The notes under the pieces: generated by a model
Told to the model about the DNA's origin: nothing
The model's input: the letters and a program-made list of their open reading frames with translations, nothing else
Database searches by the model: none
Program-made: the position numbers and the translations under genes
Shown: positions 24,613-37,105 of the stretch, in pieces
Numbering within the stretch: position 1 is the first letter of the stretch
How the letters are laid out: every line of letters begins with the position of its first letter
NCBI GenBank assembly: GCA_030264375.1
Contig: JASCQW010000133.1
Span: 16,743,584 to 16,807,583, forward strand
Origin: Carcharhinus longimanus
Lineage: Eukaryota
DNA length: 64,000 nucleotides
Direction of reading: 5' to 3'

Positions 24613-24737
24613 CGCCAGAATTCTACCGCCTCATCTGCCACAGAATTGGAGCAGACGAGGGGCGGACAATGGAAATGTCCATTGATCTCAGGCAGGAATT
24701 TCCGGTCTCGCTCAAGTGAGGCCATAAATGCTTGTCC
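24613..24737. mobile_element. Harbinger-like MITE (reverse orientation to 3361)
   Basis: CGCCAGAATTCTACCGCC..CCACAGAATTGGAG..GGACAATGGAAATGTCCATTG is the reverse complement of the 3361 interior. Confidence 0.75.
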
Positions 24738-24812
24738 AGGGTCCAATACTGAACAGATAGAAAACTACTCACTTACCTGGATATGTTTAAAAATGTCAGC
24801 TTCTGATCCACA

Positions 24813-25131
24813 ATAGAGTCATAGAATCCTCAAACAGCAAAATCTACACTGACTCTTCGAAAGAGCTTTATAACTAGCTGCCACCCCACAACCCGCTCTC
24901 CCTATCCTGTAACTCCAAGCATTCACCATGACTAAATCACCTAACCAATACAGCTTGGGACACTAAGGGGCAATTTAGCATAGCCAATCCACTTCAACTG
25001 TATATCTTTGGACTGTGGGAGGAGACCAAGGAGAATGCGCAAACTCCTTGCAATCATGCAAGGCCAGAATCAAACCCAAATTCCTGGCGCTGTGAGGCAG
25101 CAGTGTTAACCACTGTGCCACCATGCTGTCC
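24813..25131 (-). mobile_element. HE1-like V-SINE, type A-like tail
   Basis: Ends TGTGAGGCAGCAGTGTTAACCACTGTGCCACCATGCTGTCC (head). ATAGAGTCATAGAATCC tail. Confidence 0.88.
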
Positions 25132-25984
25132 ATAATGCAGAAGAACTCCCTAAATGCAGGAAATGACACAGAGGTGAGCAAAAAGAATCAGTTCTGAAGA
25201 CATGCCCCCTGTCGTAAGCTAAATTTAACTATTCAATGTGCATGGGTGATGGATGAGTGTTAGTTGATGGAAGAATGGGTGAGTGGATGGATGAGTGAAT
25301 GGGTAAGGTGAAAGGGTGGAAAGGTGGGTGAGATCATTGGTGGGTAAGTGTGCAGGTGAGAAGCTTGGCAGAGCGTGAGGGTAGCAGGTGGGTGAGGTTA
25401 CTAGGTGGGTCAGGGGTAGTGGGTTGTATCGTGAGGGTTGTATTTTGAAGGTTATATGACATAGCAAGGGGTGATGAGGGACNNNNNNNNNNNNNNNNNN
25501 NNNNNNNNNNNNNNNNNNNNNNNNNNNNNNNNNNNNNNNNNNNNNNNNNNNNNNNNNNNNNNNNNNNNNNNNNNNNNNNNNNNNNNNNNNNNNNNNNNNN
25601 NNNNNNNNNNNNNNNNNNNNNNNNNNNNNNNNNNNNNNNNNNNNNNNNNNNNNNNNNNNNNNNNNNNNNNNNNNNNNNNNNNNNNNNNNNNNNNNNNNNN
25701 NNNNNNNNNNNNNNNNNNNNNNNNNNNNNNNNNNNNNNNNNNNNNNNNNNNNNNNNNNNNNNNNNNNNNNNNNNNNNNNNNNNNNNNNNNNNNNNNNNNN
25801 NNNNNNNNNNNNNNNNNNNNNNNNNNNNNNNNNNNNNNNNNNNNNNNNNNNNNNNNNNNNNNNNNNNNNNNNNNNNNNNNNNNNNNNNNNNNNNNNNNTT
25901 TCTATCAAATATTTCCTATTGCCATTGAATCCATAGAACCCCTACTGTGCAGAAAGAGACCATCCAGCCCATCAAGTTTACTGG

Positions 25985-26332
25985 GCCCAGGAACAGTCGG
26001 CGGGGGCAGTCCAAGATCGGCCTTTGGGGAGGTTGTTGGGGGAGGTGGGGTGGTGAGCACTACAGGGGTCCTGGACTGGTCTCTGCTCGAGCTGCCAGCA
26101 AATGGGAGGCTGACAATTCGGGGCCACAGCATATGTGCAGATGCCTGCTGGTTTCAGCCTCCCGGGCATGAATTGGCCCACACCCTGAAATCTAATGATA
26201 TTTATGTTGGTGGCCTCTGATTTGACAGAGTGAGGAGGATTCCAGTGTAAAATTCTACTGAAAAAAACAGCATGAATTACTCCAGTTTTCCTGCGAATTC
26301 AACACTTCAAATTCTTTCAAGAGAATTCCACT
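25985..26332 (-). mobile_element. 5' part of a 14170-family Harbinger-like element
   Basis: Reverse complement GTGGAATTCTCTTG...GAAAACTGGAGTAATTC...TGTCAGCCTCCCATTTGCTGGC aligns with 14170-14450. Confidence 0.7.
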
Positions 26333-27635
26333 TATGTGCTTCTTACTTTGTGAATAATCTGAAAAAAAAAGAGGCCTGGGAATGGTTTGGCACAAATCCA
26401 TACAATTTTGAATCAAGCGATTAAAAAAAATCTTTGAACCCTTTGGGAGTCATTGTATTTTGCACCCTGTATTGTGCACCTCACTGTAAAACAACATGCC
26501 ACATATATACCTTTCCAGTTTACATTTCCAAAAGTGAAATGTTGTACTCCCAAGGTCATTCTGGGCAATTTTGTTGCAAGGTAGAATAGAAAATAGCAAT
26601 CTATTAATGTTTTAAAGTTTCAACCACTGCAGTGTTTTTACAAATGTTTTTTTATATACTTCCCTCTCTGAACAACATTTAAATTGCAATAATTAGTGTA
26701 GCTGAAATGACAACACAGAAGTATTGGTTTGTGGTTATGTTACCCCTTAGTCATGTAAAGTGCAGAAGAAAATGTTACAAGTGTTAACTTGCACACAAAT
26801 TTAAATTGATTTATTCCACATGATTTTAAAATCTTTCTTCAAATTTGAGAAGTGTTGAGGTTTATCGAAAGTAGGTTAATTATGGAGTGCAACAATTTAT
26901 GATTCAAAATTTGTCCTATAGTTCTGCTGCAAAATATGTATGAAAATTGGTTTTGCATCTTGACAGGTCAACAACACGTGCTAAACTGACAGAACATTGC
27001 TTAGCTGCTTTAATTACAAATTTCACAAATTTATTGAGCACTTTTTTGGAGTATAATTCCTAAGTTTTGCCCAGTTTTCTCCTCTGAAGTTCATGCTGAG
27101 ACGAGAATTCACTGGCATTGACAAATGTTGAGCACTTCACTTAAATGGCCTTACATTCAAAGCCAGTGACTGTGAGCAGAGCTCATTTACCTCGCAGCAC
27201 TGGAACTGAACCTGATCCCACCTGCCCAAAATCCACAGATGCACAATGTTGCAGTTGGCAAGGATTAGTGACTAGTTGGAAGTCCCAGCTGGTTTTCTTC
27301 ACCAGGACTTGGAATTTTAAGCAAACAAAATTATTTGAGCAACCAGGAAGCAAAGAAATAAAAAGATACTGACAGCCATGGAATACTGTATCCGGAATGT
27401 GATGGATTGATAATCCACCAAGATTTTACACCCCATCCACTATTGTCCCCTGTACATTTCAATGGGAGTAAACCTGTGTTGGATATAAAATTAATGGTGC
27501 ATAGCAACTTGTTACTTGCATGGCAGTTGAGTTCATTTAAAATCGCTCCCGATGTAGTCCATATTAATATTTCTACCACCATACAGGATGGATTTGCCAA
27601 CGTGTGGAAGACCGGAGATAAAACTGTAGCAGTCG

Positions 27636-27930
27636 TTTAAGTTTAAGTGTCACAATAACACTGCAATGAAGCTACTGTAAAAATCCCTCAGTCGCCACAC
27701 TCTGGCATCTGTTCGGGTACACTGAGGGAGAATTTAGCATAGCTACTCCACCTAACCAGCACATCTTTCGAACTGTGGGAGGAAACTGGAGCACCCATAG
27801 GTACTCCAGGCCCACACAGACACAGGAGAATGTGCAAACTCCACACAGACAGTGATACCAGGTGGGAATCGAACGTGGGTGCCTGGCGCTGAGAGGCAGC
27901 AGTGCTAACCAGTGTGCCAGTATGCTGCCC
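27636..27930 (-). mobile_element. HE1-like V-SINE, tail type B
   Basis: GTCGCCACACTCTGGCATCTGTTCGGGTACACTGAGGGAGAATTTAGCAT tail and GCAGCAGTGCTAACCAGTGTGCC head. Confidence 0.92.
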
Positions 27931-28707
27931 TGATTTGGTTGAGAATAACAATATAAATGTCTGGTAGCAGTCTTGTAACATATTCTAAATGATGACATCA
28001 ATTTCATTTTTTAAATGTAGTTTATCTTTATAATCTAAAATAACCATTGCCCTTTAAACAGCAACAAATTCTAGAGGCACTCTTCAAATTTGGGAGGCAG
28101 TCCTGAATAAAAATCTGAAGGTAATTATGCTTACTTAATTAAAATCTTTTTGGCAACATTGAGAACTACTGTTGAGACATTGCATTAAGAAGGGGAGATG
28201 CAAATCAATTTAATCTTTGCTTTAGTTTATAGAAATTTCTCTGGGGCATCTTAGGGGATAGGCCAGGGTGAGAAGGAGGTCCAGAGGTCACTAAGCTTTA
28301 AGGGGAGGGCATCACCAGTCAGAAAGGGCATCTGATGGAGGTACCCGCTCCCCACACCCCCTCCCACTTACAATCCTGAGCTTTCATCTAGGAAATGGCC
28401 TTTAACCAGACATTATTTAGCAACTTCAGGACCCCAATTGGGAAATGGGGGCTTCCCATCTGAGGTCTAGCCCACTCCAGTGTAAAGTCACTGTGTAATT
28501 GAGTGGAAGTGAACCTGAAGAGAAATTAATCCATGCAATTTCACGTTCCACCCACCCCCCACCCTTCCCACTTCCCCCACTTACCTCAGAAACCACCAGG
28601 AGCGAAGTGGGGGGAGCAAAAATTTTTGACTGTAATATTTCATATATGTCATGCAAAATTCAACACTTGGTTTTCAGGGGCAAAAGTTTGAAAATTTTAG
28701 AAACAAA

Positions 28708-28833
28708 GGCCATAATTTTACCACCCCACCCACCATGGGAATCAGAGTCATGAGAGGCAGTTAATGCAAAGATCAGTTGACCTCAGGCAGGATTTTACAG
28801 TTTCGTCACAAGTGAGGTCATAAAATCCCCACC
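28708..28833. mobile_element. Harbinger-like MITE, TSD AAA
   Basis: AAA|GGCCATAATTTTAC ... ATAAAATCCCCACC|AAA. Interior TTGACCTCAGGCAGGATTTT is shared with the family. Confidence 0.72.
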
Positions 28834-29072
28834 AAACTAAAATACTGGAGAAGTTAATGATCTGATTTAATCATAAATGTGTAAATACCAATTAAAATAA
28901 GTATTGGTAAAAATGTGTGCATGAGAAAATCCCTTCAGGACTATATCTGAAAAATATGGAACGATTGTGTGTTGCAAATTGGAAGGCAAAAAACATCTCT
29001 AAGAGTGGAAATATGTAGGCATCCTCACTAGCAACTCTAATGGAGACACGTGAATTAAACTTGGTCTCAGTC

Positions 29073-29424
29073 TGGGCCGGCACAGTGGCACGATGGTTAG
29101 CACTACTGCCTCATAGCTTCAGGGACCTGGGTTTAATTCCCAACTCGGGTCCCTGTCTGTATGGAGTCTGCATGTTCTCCCTGTGTCTGTGTGTGTTTCT
29201 TCTGGGTACTCTGGTTTCCTCCCACAATCCAAAGATGTTTTGGTTAGGTGCATTGGCCATGCTAAATTTCTCCTTAGTGTCCCACAATGCATAGGTTATA
29301 GGGATTAATGGGGTAAACATGTGGGGTTATGGAGATAAGGCTTGGATAGGATTGTGATCAGTGCAGACTCAATGGGCTGAATGGCCTCCTTTTGCACTGT
29401 AGGGATTCTATGTTTCCATGATTA
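29073..29424 (+). mobile_element. HE1 V-SINE, tail type A, full length
   Basis: GGCACAGTGGCACGATGGTTAGCACT head and GGGCTGAATGGCCTCCTTTTGCACTGTAGGGATTCTATG tail. Confidence 0.94.
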
Positions 29425-30843
29425 TTGGAAAATTTCATTGTAGCGTGGAATAAACTTGATTCCAATATTGAAAGATTTCAAAGTGAGGTGATGTAGTTAC
29501 TTCATCATATACTCATACTGTGTTGACCAAAATGTATATAATTTGTAACATTATGGAATTAATAAATATTAGATAATTAATGTGGATGAAATATATCTCA
29601 TTTATAACGTTACAAAATAAACAAATCAAGCAAGTATGTCAAAGCCTTTGAACATATTACCATGTAAGAATCAACCCTGTGATTTTTGGACGAAAAAGTT
29701 AGTCTCAAAAATCAGTGGTGAATCTGAAAATTACTTACCACATTACTACTGAGGGGTTCTTCACCAGGCTTTTTAAAAAATTCTTCCATTGCTTCTACTT
29801 TTTCTTAGCTTTTCCCATAAAATGTCCACACTAAGAAAGATGGAGAGTAAAGATAAACAGTTGTTTTCCATGTTACATAAAACCACATCTATAACTGACA
29901 TATGAGCAGAACAAGTTTCATCTTTGGAAATGGGTAAAGGAAATGTGATTTACTCATTGATTTTCAAAAAGGTCTTAAAAATGAATACATCTCTGGAAGA
30001 TTTCTTAAAAACCTCTTTCCAAGTTCTGTCAATCAAGATACAAACCATGGCCACCCCCACTCCCGCCCAAATGGATTTTTCAGTTGGAAGGAATCTGGGT
30101 CACTGGGCTAGAAGAGACTGCAATCAGAAGGAGGAGCAAGGCTTAAAGTGATTTATTGAGCAGGGTGCTGTGGAATGAGTGAAGGTGATAGAAGTGAGAT
30201 GATAAATGAAGTGGGCCTGCGATGGAAAAGGAGGTTGGCAGAATGAACTTGTACTTAAAAGCATAATTTTTGAAGGAAATCTACAAATCAGCTTAATTCC
30301 GACGACCATCTGTCTCTTTGCAGCTGGCTCATACAATGCATTGAGGAGGAAAAATGACAGACCCAAATGCCGAATCCAAAAAATGTGGAAAAGAAGTTAA
30401 ATAATATATCCCCAATACACTAACAGAACATTTGTGCATCAGTCCCTACTCTCTTCCAACTCAAAACATTTTCATTTAATCATAATATCTGTCCTGAATG
30501 ATTACAACAGATGTGAACATGAACACTCGTTTCAAATTAATGAGTTCTGTAAGTGAATTCACAACAAGGAAAAGAAACAGTTGACTTTATTGACTCCGTA
30601 TCCCAACATTCAGGATCCAACATACACATTTCAAAATAACCAGCTTTTTCAGGAAGGGAGATGACATACATTGAATACTCCTTCTAATGGCTCGGAACTC
30701 CCTTGGCATAAGTTAGACTCCCTCTTGTAAATGAAAATCTAACATTTGCTAGGAGTATAATCTTTCAATTCTTTGATTATCTAAAACTTTTTTGACTTGA
30801 TATCTGAATATTTTATAGAATGACAAGGAGTTATAGAACAGTA

Positions 30844-31028
30844 TGTTGGGGGCATGCCCCTTTAAGAGAATGGGTCAGGTGACCTAGAGCTTAAGCTCTT
30901 CCCTGGTGGAGCTTGCCTGGTCAGTCTTGTGGTGATTATGCTAGGATTAAGACTTGTTAATAAACTGTTCCAGTTAATTTACTATCACTGTGTCCATGGT
31001 GTCTTATTAGTCTCAATTTCAGACAACA
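30844..31028 (+). mobile_element. Short LTR-like relic
   Basis: TGTTG...CAACA ends and AATAAAC at ~30959. No TSD is visible. Confidence 0.4.
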
Positions 31029-31487
31029 TACTTAACAAAGAGTACACTGGAGCAACATATGTGATTAAATTCTACAAGTCTGACTTCAATGGGTGGATCT
31101 GATCCCAACCATTTCCAACTGGATGGGTGAGGTTGAAATTATCTTTATGTTATAGTAAGATGGTTAGACGCAGCATTTGATAATTGTCAGTAAAACTGTT
31201 CTGCTCTTCATAACTATTCCAAGGAATAGAAATTTCCATCCAAATATTTATTCACTGGAACAAAAAAGGCCTCCATAGAAAGTACCAATGAGCCCATTTT
31301 GAATTCAGATACTGCATTGAAAGAAATATCGGTAAAACTTAACTCAGTTTTAATTTCCCTAGAATTTACATCAACAATAAACAAATGGATTGTTAGATGC
31401 AAATTTTTGGAATTTTTATTTTGGGTAAATTGATCTGCTTATCTTACTGAAGGCATAACAAAATGTACGCTTACATATAGACATCAT

Positions 31488-31719
31488 CGTGTCTGCATGG
31501 GTTTCCTCTGGGTTCCTCTCTCAGTCCAAAGATGTGCGGATTAGGTTGATTGGCCATGCTAAAATCGCCCCTTAGTGTCCTGAGATGCGTAGGTTAAAGG
31601 GATTAATGGGTAAATATGTAGGGATATGGGGGTAGGCCTGGGTGGGATTGTAGTCGGTGCCAACTCGATGGGCCAAATGGCCTCTTTCTGCACTGCAGGG
31701 TTTCTATGATTCTATGATC
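31488..31719 (+). mobile_element. HE1 V-SINE, tail type A, 5'-truncated
   Basis: Starts inside the V-domain (GTGTCTGCATGGGTTTCCTC) and ends TTCTATGATTCTATGA. Confidence 0.9.
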
Positions 31720-31849
31720 ATAAATCCATCTGTTTCATGCAAATCAAGCAACTTGTCAAACATATTGTAAAAGAAATGCAACGTTTAATTAAATCCATAT
31801 ACTTGTGTAACATTAATATCAAAATCCAATTGAAGGATAACTCAAGTTA

Positions 31850-32540
31850 TTCATTTTAATAGGAAGAATGAAGAGAGGCAGTATAAACAAAATGGTGAAA
31901 GGTGTGCTGGAACAGAGACATGAGAGTTATGTATACACAGTTCTCCTTTGAACACGGCAGGACAAGTTAAGAAGGCTGCTAAAATGGCAAGTGGGATGCT
32001 TTCTCTGTTAATGGAGCGGAGAGTACAAAAACAAAGACATTCTGTAAACCTTCATAAAATGTTGATTATTTCCCCAGCTTTGGCACTCTGGCCAATAAAA
32101 ACCACACTTTAGGAAGGTTGCCAAGACTTTAGAGAGGGTGCATGGAAGTAGTGTGTGGCGAGGCTAGAGTTGTTCTTCTTAGAGCAGAAAATGTTAAGGA
32201 GATTGGATGTTCAATATCATGAAGGGAGTTAATAGGAGAAACTGTTTGTCTGTTTCCAGAGGCAGAAAGGTGGGTACCCAGAAGACAGATCTATTACAGT
32301 TGCCAAAAAAACAGAGGTGTAATATACATGTAGCAAGTTATGATCTGAAATGTATGCCCAGAAGAGTGGGAGTAGCAGATTCAACAATATCTTTCAAAAG
32401 CAAATTGAATAAATACTTGAAAAGGAATTATTTAATGGGCTTTGTGGCGTGAGACAAATTGGATAACTCTTTCAAAGAGATGGCACGGGCATGAAGTGCA
32501 AAATGACCTCCTACTATGTTCTAACACTATGATTCTTTGA
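31850..32540 (+). mobile_element. Old CR1 LINE 3' fragment
   Basis: Degenerate ORF2 end (MFNIMKG..MPRRVGVADSTISFKSKLNKYL) and AAATGACCTCCT..CTATGATTCT tail. Confidence 0.8.
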
Positions 32541-33049
32541 ACTCGTTATTATTTTACCGTTCTCTAATGTTGAGACCTTTTGATGAGTGTGTTTGAAAAA
32601 AAGACAATCAACATATTATCACAATATTGTCATATTATAGTAGCACAGCTGCATTTCAAAGTTTAAATTGGCAAAGAAATGGAGTGCCGCCATTATAAAG
32701 GTAACCTTTTAGTTGGAAATTAAACTCTGTAAACCAAACTTATTGCCTTAGAAACAGTTCTTGGAGTTATGTGGACTATTTTGATGTAAGTATTAAAGTA
32801 GGCAGTAAGTGGGTGCTGAACTGTTTAAAATCTGGTCTTAGGATACAGTTTTGGCCCTAATTGTTGATTACCGTGATGTGAACTTGGCCCAAGGTGCTAA
32901 AACCTATAAGTTTAATAATCAAATGAGAATATACCTAAGCACAATTTCCTCGGAGCAGTTTATATGGGCTCCACACAGTCACTCTGACTTAATGTGAGGA
33001 ATGTGCTAGTTACACACACTGACAGCTTTCACGGTGTGTCAGAGACAAC

Positions 33050-33313
33050 GTGCAAGAATGCATCAGCCTTCAGGCGAGGCACGTGAACATCCTGGTGGAG
33101 GAGTTCCAGAGGAGAAATGGTGTGCTGACCAACTGGAAAGAAGCAGTCCACCTTGCCTCCTTTTCTACAGCAGCTGTTTCCGCTCTTACTAGCTTTCTCT
33201 CCTCTTCCCAATCCTTTTGCAATCCTAGTGGATTCCAGTGCAAGATGCTGGTGACCAAGCACTCCCTTCCTCCTGATACCTACAAAGTATTGAAGAAGGA
33301 CACTTCTTGTTAG
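33050..33313 (+). pseudogene. Possible Harbinger-derived Myb/SANT-like (Myb_DNA-bind_5-type) ORF relic
   Basis: VNILVEEFQRRNGVL-x33-SGFQCK matches the motif spacing of LEVLLDAVEERRDVL...TGTQCRK. The central Trp is missing. Confidence 0.4.
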
Positions 33314-33399
33314 GTGCATTCCTCAGAATGAATGTTGGTAAGGTATTGACAAATCCATCCAATGTGTTTCAAAAGTCCCCTTCAAACCCCAACAGCATA

Positions 33400-33586
33400 G
33401 TAAAATGCTGTAAAAACTCAACACATCCGGCAGCATCTGAGAAGCAGAATTAACTTTTCAACCCCGTATGAGTCATGTGAACTCAAAATGTTAACTCTAT
33501 TTTCTCTCTCCACAATTGCTGGCTGACCTGCAGAGTTTTTCCAGAATTTTCTGTTTCTGTTTCAATTTCCAGCATTTGCTTTTATT
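33400..33586. mobile_element. Penelope-type palindromic repeat
   Basis: AAAATGCTG..GGCAGCATCTG arm and CTCTCTCCACAATTGCTGGCTGACCTGCAGAGTTTTTCCAG..TTTGCTTTTA arm. Same family as 4546. Confidence 0.62.
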
Positions 33587-35927
33587 ATAGTAAAATGTGA
33601 TATGCTTTTAAGTAGCAAAGAAAGTTCTCCACAATGACTGGTTTACTCCTGTTCAGCTTCCCACTGTGGGGAGAGATTGCAAATCTACCAAAATAGCAAG
33701 CAGTGTTATCATGAGAGTTGGTTGATAATTTTGTTCTTAATCAGCTCCTCAATGACCTTCCAGACAGTCATTACTAATGCTGGCTTAAACACCTTTACCA
33801 AGATGCTGTCCTCCCCTAACTGAGGATTAATCTGGCATTGCAGTTTAAGACCCCATCTTGGCCATCTCATCACCTTTATAACACCCAAAGTATTCAGCCA
33901 CTCTTGCCACCTTAAATTCAACTATTACCGGGTGACTTTGCAACAATGTCATCTGCAATGTTTCAGCTGCTTATGAATGATTATTGTCAGCACCAATTAA
34001 AAATTGCAGACTTGCTTCCGTTAAGGAATTCACACAAAAAATGCCACCCCATAGAAAGCAAACCCCTGCTCCCACAAATACTTTTCTGCTCGCTTCTTTG
34101 ACTCACACATTACCAACGCTCCTAGATTCTATTTGATTATTACACTCTACTCCAGGGGATTGAATATAGTGCAAGTCTTAGATGAGGTTAAGGGTGGGAG
34201 GAGGGCTCTTCCAAACCAACTGCTAATTCTTTTAGCAGACTGACCCTGACCCCTTCCCTTATTCTACCACATGCCCTTCCAAGTGTTTGGTTGTCTGCTT
34301 CTCATTCTTCATTTGCTTTTGAAAATGCAAGTTTCCACTAAAATTACACACGATTTTACTGGATTATGAATGCACCTGGATATTTTGATAAAGCTAATAA
34401 GAAATCTTCTTCTCCGTGGAGTCCAGGTTGTAAAGTATATCTGAAGACATGAAAACAGGGGTTTCTCCCTTCCTTTATGAAGGTTGATTCCTATACAAGG
34501 GAGTAGCTCCGACTTTGGCTGCAATTAGCAATTCCAGCGCAAACTACACCCAAAATTGCACCCATTTTGAAAAGTTATTTTCCACCCATCCCCAAAATTT
34601 GAACTCAAACTTAATTGCGTATTGTCTAACGCAAAATCTGCCCTGAACTAGCACTATTGATTGGAAACTCCAGCACACAATTTTTCAATCTATCTATACT
34701 CTACTGGTGGTTGCAATATTTTCAAAAAGGAATACGAATAGATTTTGAACTCGCTGCTCAAAAGGGAAATGAAATATATCTCTTCTGAGCACTTTTCCAA
34801 AGATTTATTGGGACCTATATGTTTGAAATTGATATCAGTTGAATGTTGGTTATACATATTTCATCTCATATTTCATATAAAGAGTTTTCTGAAACATGCC
34901 AAACTGATGTCAACCAGAACTGGGAAATGAACAAGTGATCCATGAAGTATCTGAGTAGCGAAAAGCCCATCTGCTCCATTTAATTGTATTCCTATTCCCA
35001 CAGAGACTCTTGTAATATTATTGTGATCTGTTTTCAGTCCTAATGCCAAACATTATTTTGAATTCATAAAATTGAACACTTCAACTTGGGGCTGCAGAGG
35101 ATGTCAGGATGTCAAGTCAGCAGAGAGACTGGGCAATCTAATTATTATTGACATTTATGCTTAAGTATTTTGTTGCATTTAACTGCTGGGACCTATATTT
35201 TCATTTTACTGACTCCCATTAGACACACAAAATAAGTTCCTCTTCAGGAATTGTCATCATCATTTTATGTAATTAAATGTTGTTATTTTTATTAGAAAAT
35301 AAAAGCCAGCTCTTTGCGACTTTTGCTGCTTTTAAATCAAATTGCACAGTTGAAGTCAAACATTTTGTTGTAGTTTCTCAACTTGAGAAAATAATCAGTA
35401 AATTTGTACATATTTTGGAATTAATTCTTCATTAGCAGCAAGATTTGATTCTTTTCACTTTGGATGTATTAATTGTGGTGGTGTACAGGGAAAAATTGAA
35501 AACTTGCTGGAAGTCTTACAGTTATGTTAATGGGACATGTCAAAATTGATAAATCCTTTATTTTATTTTCCAATGAGCTGATGACTACACTTGTAGCCAC
35601 TTCAGTTTTTGGAATAATGCCAACACGCATCACTTGGAGCTTTTACACCATTTGTTCTATTAAAAACATTAAGCCCAAGTCATCAAAACATCTAGGAAGC
35701 ATTAGCCAATGGATCTAATGCTATCTAATTGATATTCCCTTTTACTTCATTGCCAATTGTTTTACATATAATGCTACCACTATGTTGGGAGTGTTGGGCT
35801 AATCCATGCACAATTTCTGTATTTGAGTAAATAGGCAGCATGTTGTTACACTGCTTGTTCAATCCACTACAAAGAGATCAAAGGATTCTGGATACAGGCA
35901 CTCAAGCACAGGCAAGTTTATCAGTCA

Positions 35928-36148
35928 AAAAGCAAATGCTGCAGATCTAACATAAATAAAACAACATGTTTGTTAGAACATCACAGGTCAGGCAGCATCT
36001 GTGGAGAGAAGAGTTTGCACTTCAGATGTGAACACTGACTTTGGAACTGGAATTACAGTTCTGTAAGAGCATCTATCCCCAAAATCGTAACCATTCCATT
36101 CCCTTCACACAGATGTTGCCCGACCTATTGAGTGTTTTCAACATATTC
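35928..36148. mobile_element. Penelope-type palindromic repeat (diverged)
   Basis: AGGTCAGGCAGCATCTGTGGAGAG and CACACAGATGTTGCCCGACCT are inverted arms. Confidence 0.6.
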
Positions 36149-36929
36149 AAGGTCATCAGCCTTTTCCTAACAACCCAGTTTCTGTGACATGCAAGAAAAC
36201 AAATGAGCAAGATAGTCATCCTTTCCAACCAGAAGGAAAAAAGGAGCAAAAATAGCACTAATGTTTTAAAGTAAGCAGATTTTACACTTGCTACAGTTAG
36301 CTAGAAAGGTCAGCAGTCTTTGCAAAATAAATCTTACTGACATTGATCTTACCAACATTCAGCAAGTACTCTCAAAGTCATATTGCAACAGTGCCTTTAT
36401 AATCATCGGTTTGAAAGCAAACCAACTCTGCTGCCTCAAATATGTACTTATTGATGTCACATCCAAATAAAGCTCATGGCTTCTATCTGTCAGGCGTTTA
36501 CTCAATAATTTAACTTTCAAATTTAATCCAGACTGGATTCATTCTGGAATAAACTACGCAAGCAGGACTTTAAACTTGTAAGAATAGCTTCCTTCCTAAA
36601 GCAAAGAACTCTTCTTGTTGCTTCTGTGTTCCTCAAGTGAATCAATGCTATGCTCATGCAAATTGTTTCTGTGGTTGCTGAAAATAAATTGCTCTTTTAT
36701 CCTCCACTCCCCTGCAATCATCTCCTGTAAGAAGTAAAATTGACTGGTAAATATGGCTTATGATTTTTTTTCAAGTCCCACACCTTTTCTGTGCTGATAT
36801 CTCAGATTTAGAGAGAAACATGCCAGTAATGCATGACTATAAGTAAACAGTGTGTGTAATAAATAATGTCCTGCAAACTAAGTGATTCAAAATAAAATAA
36901 AGTTCATAACGTTCTTGTTATGAAACAAG

Positions 36930-37105
36930 TCAACCTCTGGAGGAGGTGGTAGGGGCAGATTCTGTAATGAGAGGCATCTGGATAGATACATGAATAGGCA
37001 GGGAATAGAGCGATTTGGAAGATGTAGAGGCAAGAAAATATTAGATTAGAGAGGCATTTCTATCATCACAGACTTGGTGGGCTAAAGGGCCTGTTCCTGT
37101 TGCTG
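36930..37105 (+). mobile_element. CR1 3' end fragment
   Basis: GAGGAGGTGGTAGGGGCAGAT..AGAGGCATCTGGATAGATACATGAATAGG..GGGCTAAAGGGCCTGTTCCTGT. Confidence 0.8.

Noticed and set aside
25225-26220. 227-249 aa ORFs, and other ORFs spanning N runs
   Set aside because: Their length is an artefact of assembly gaps.
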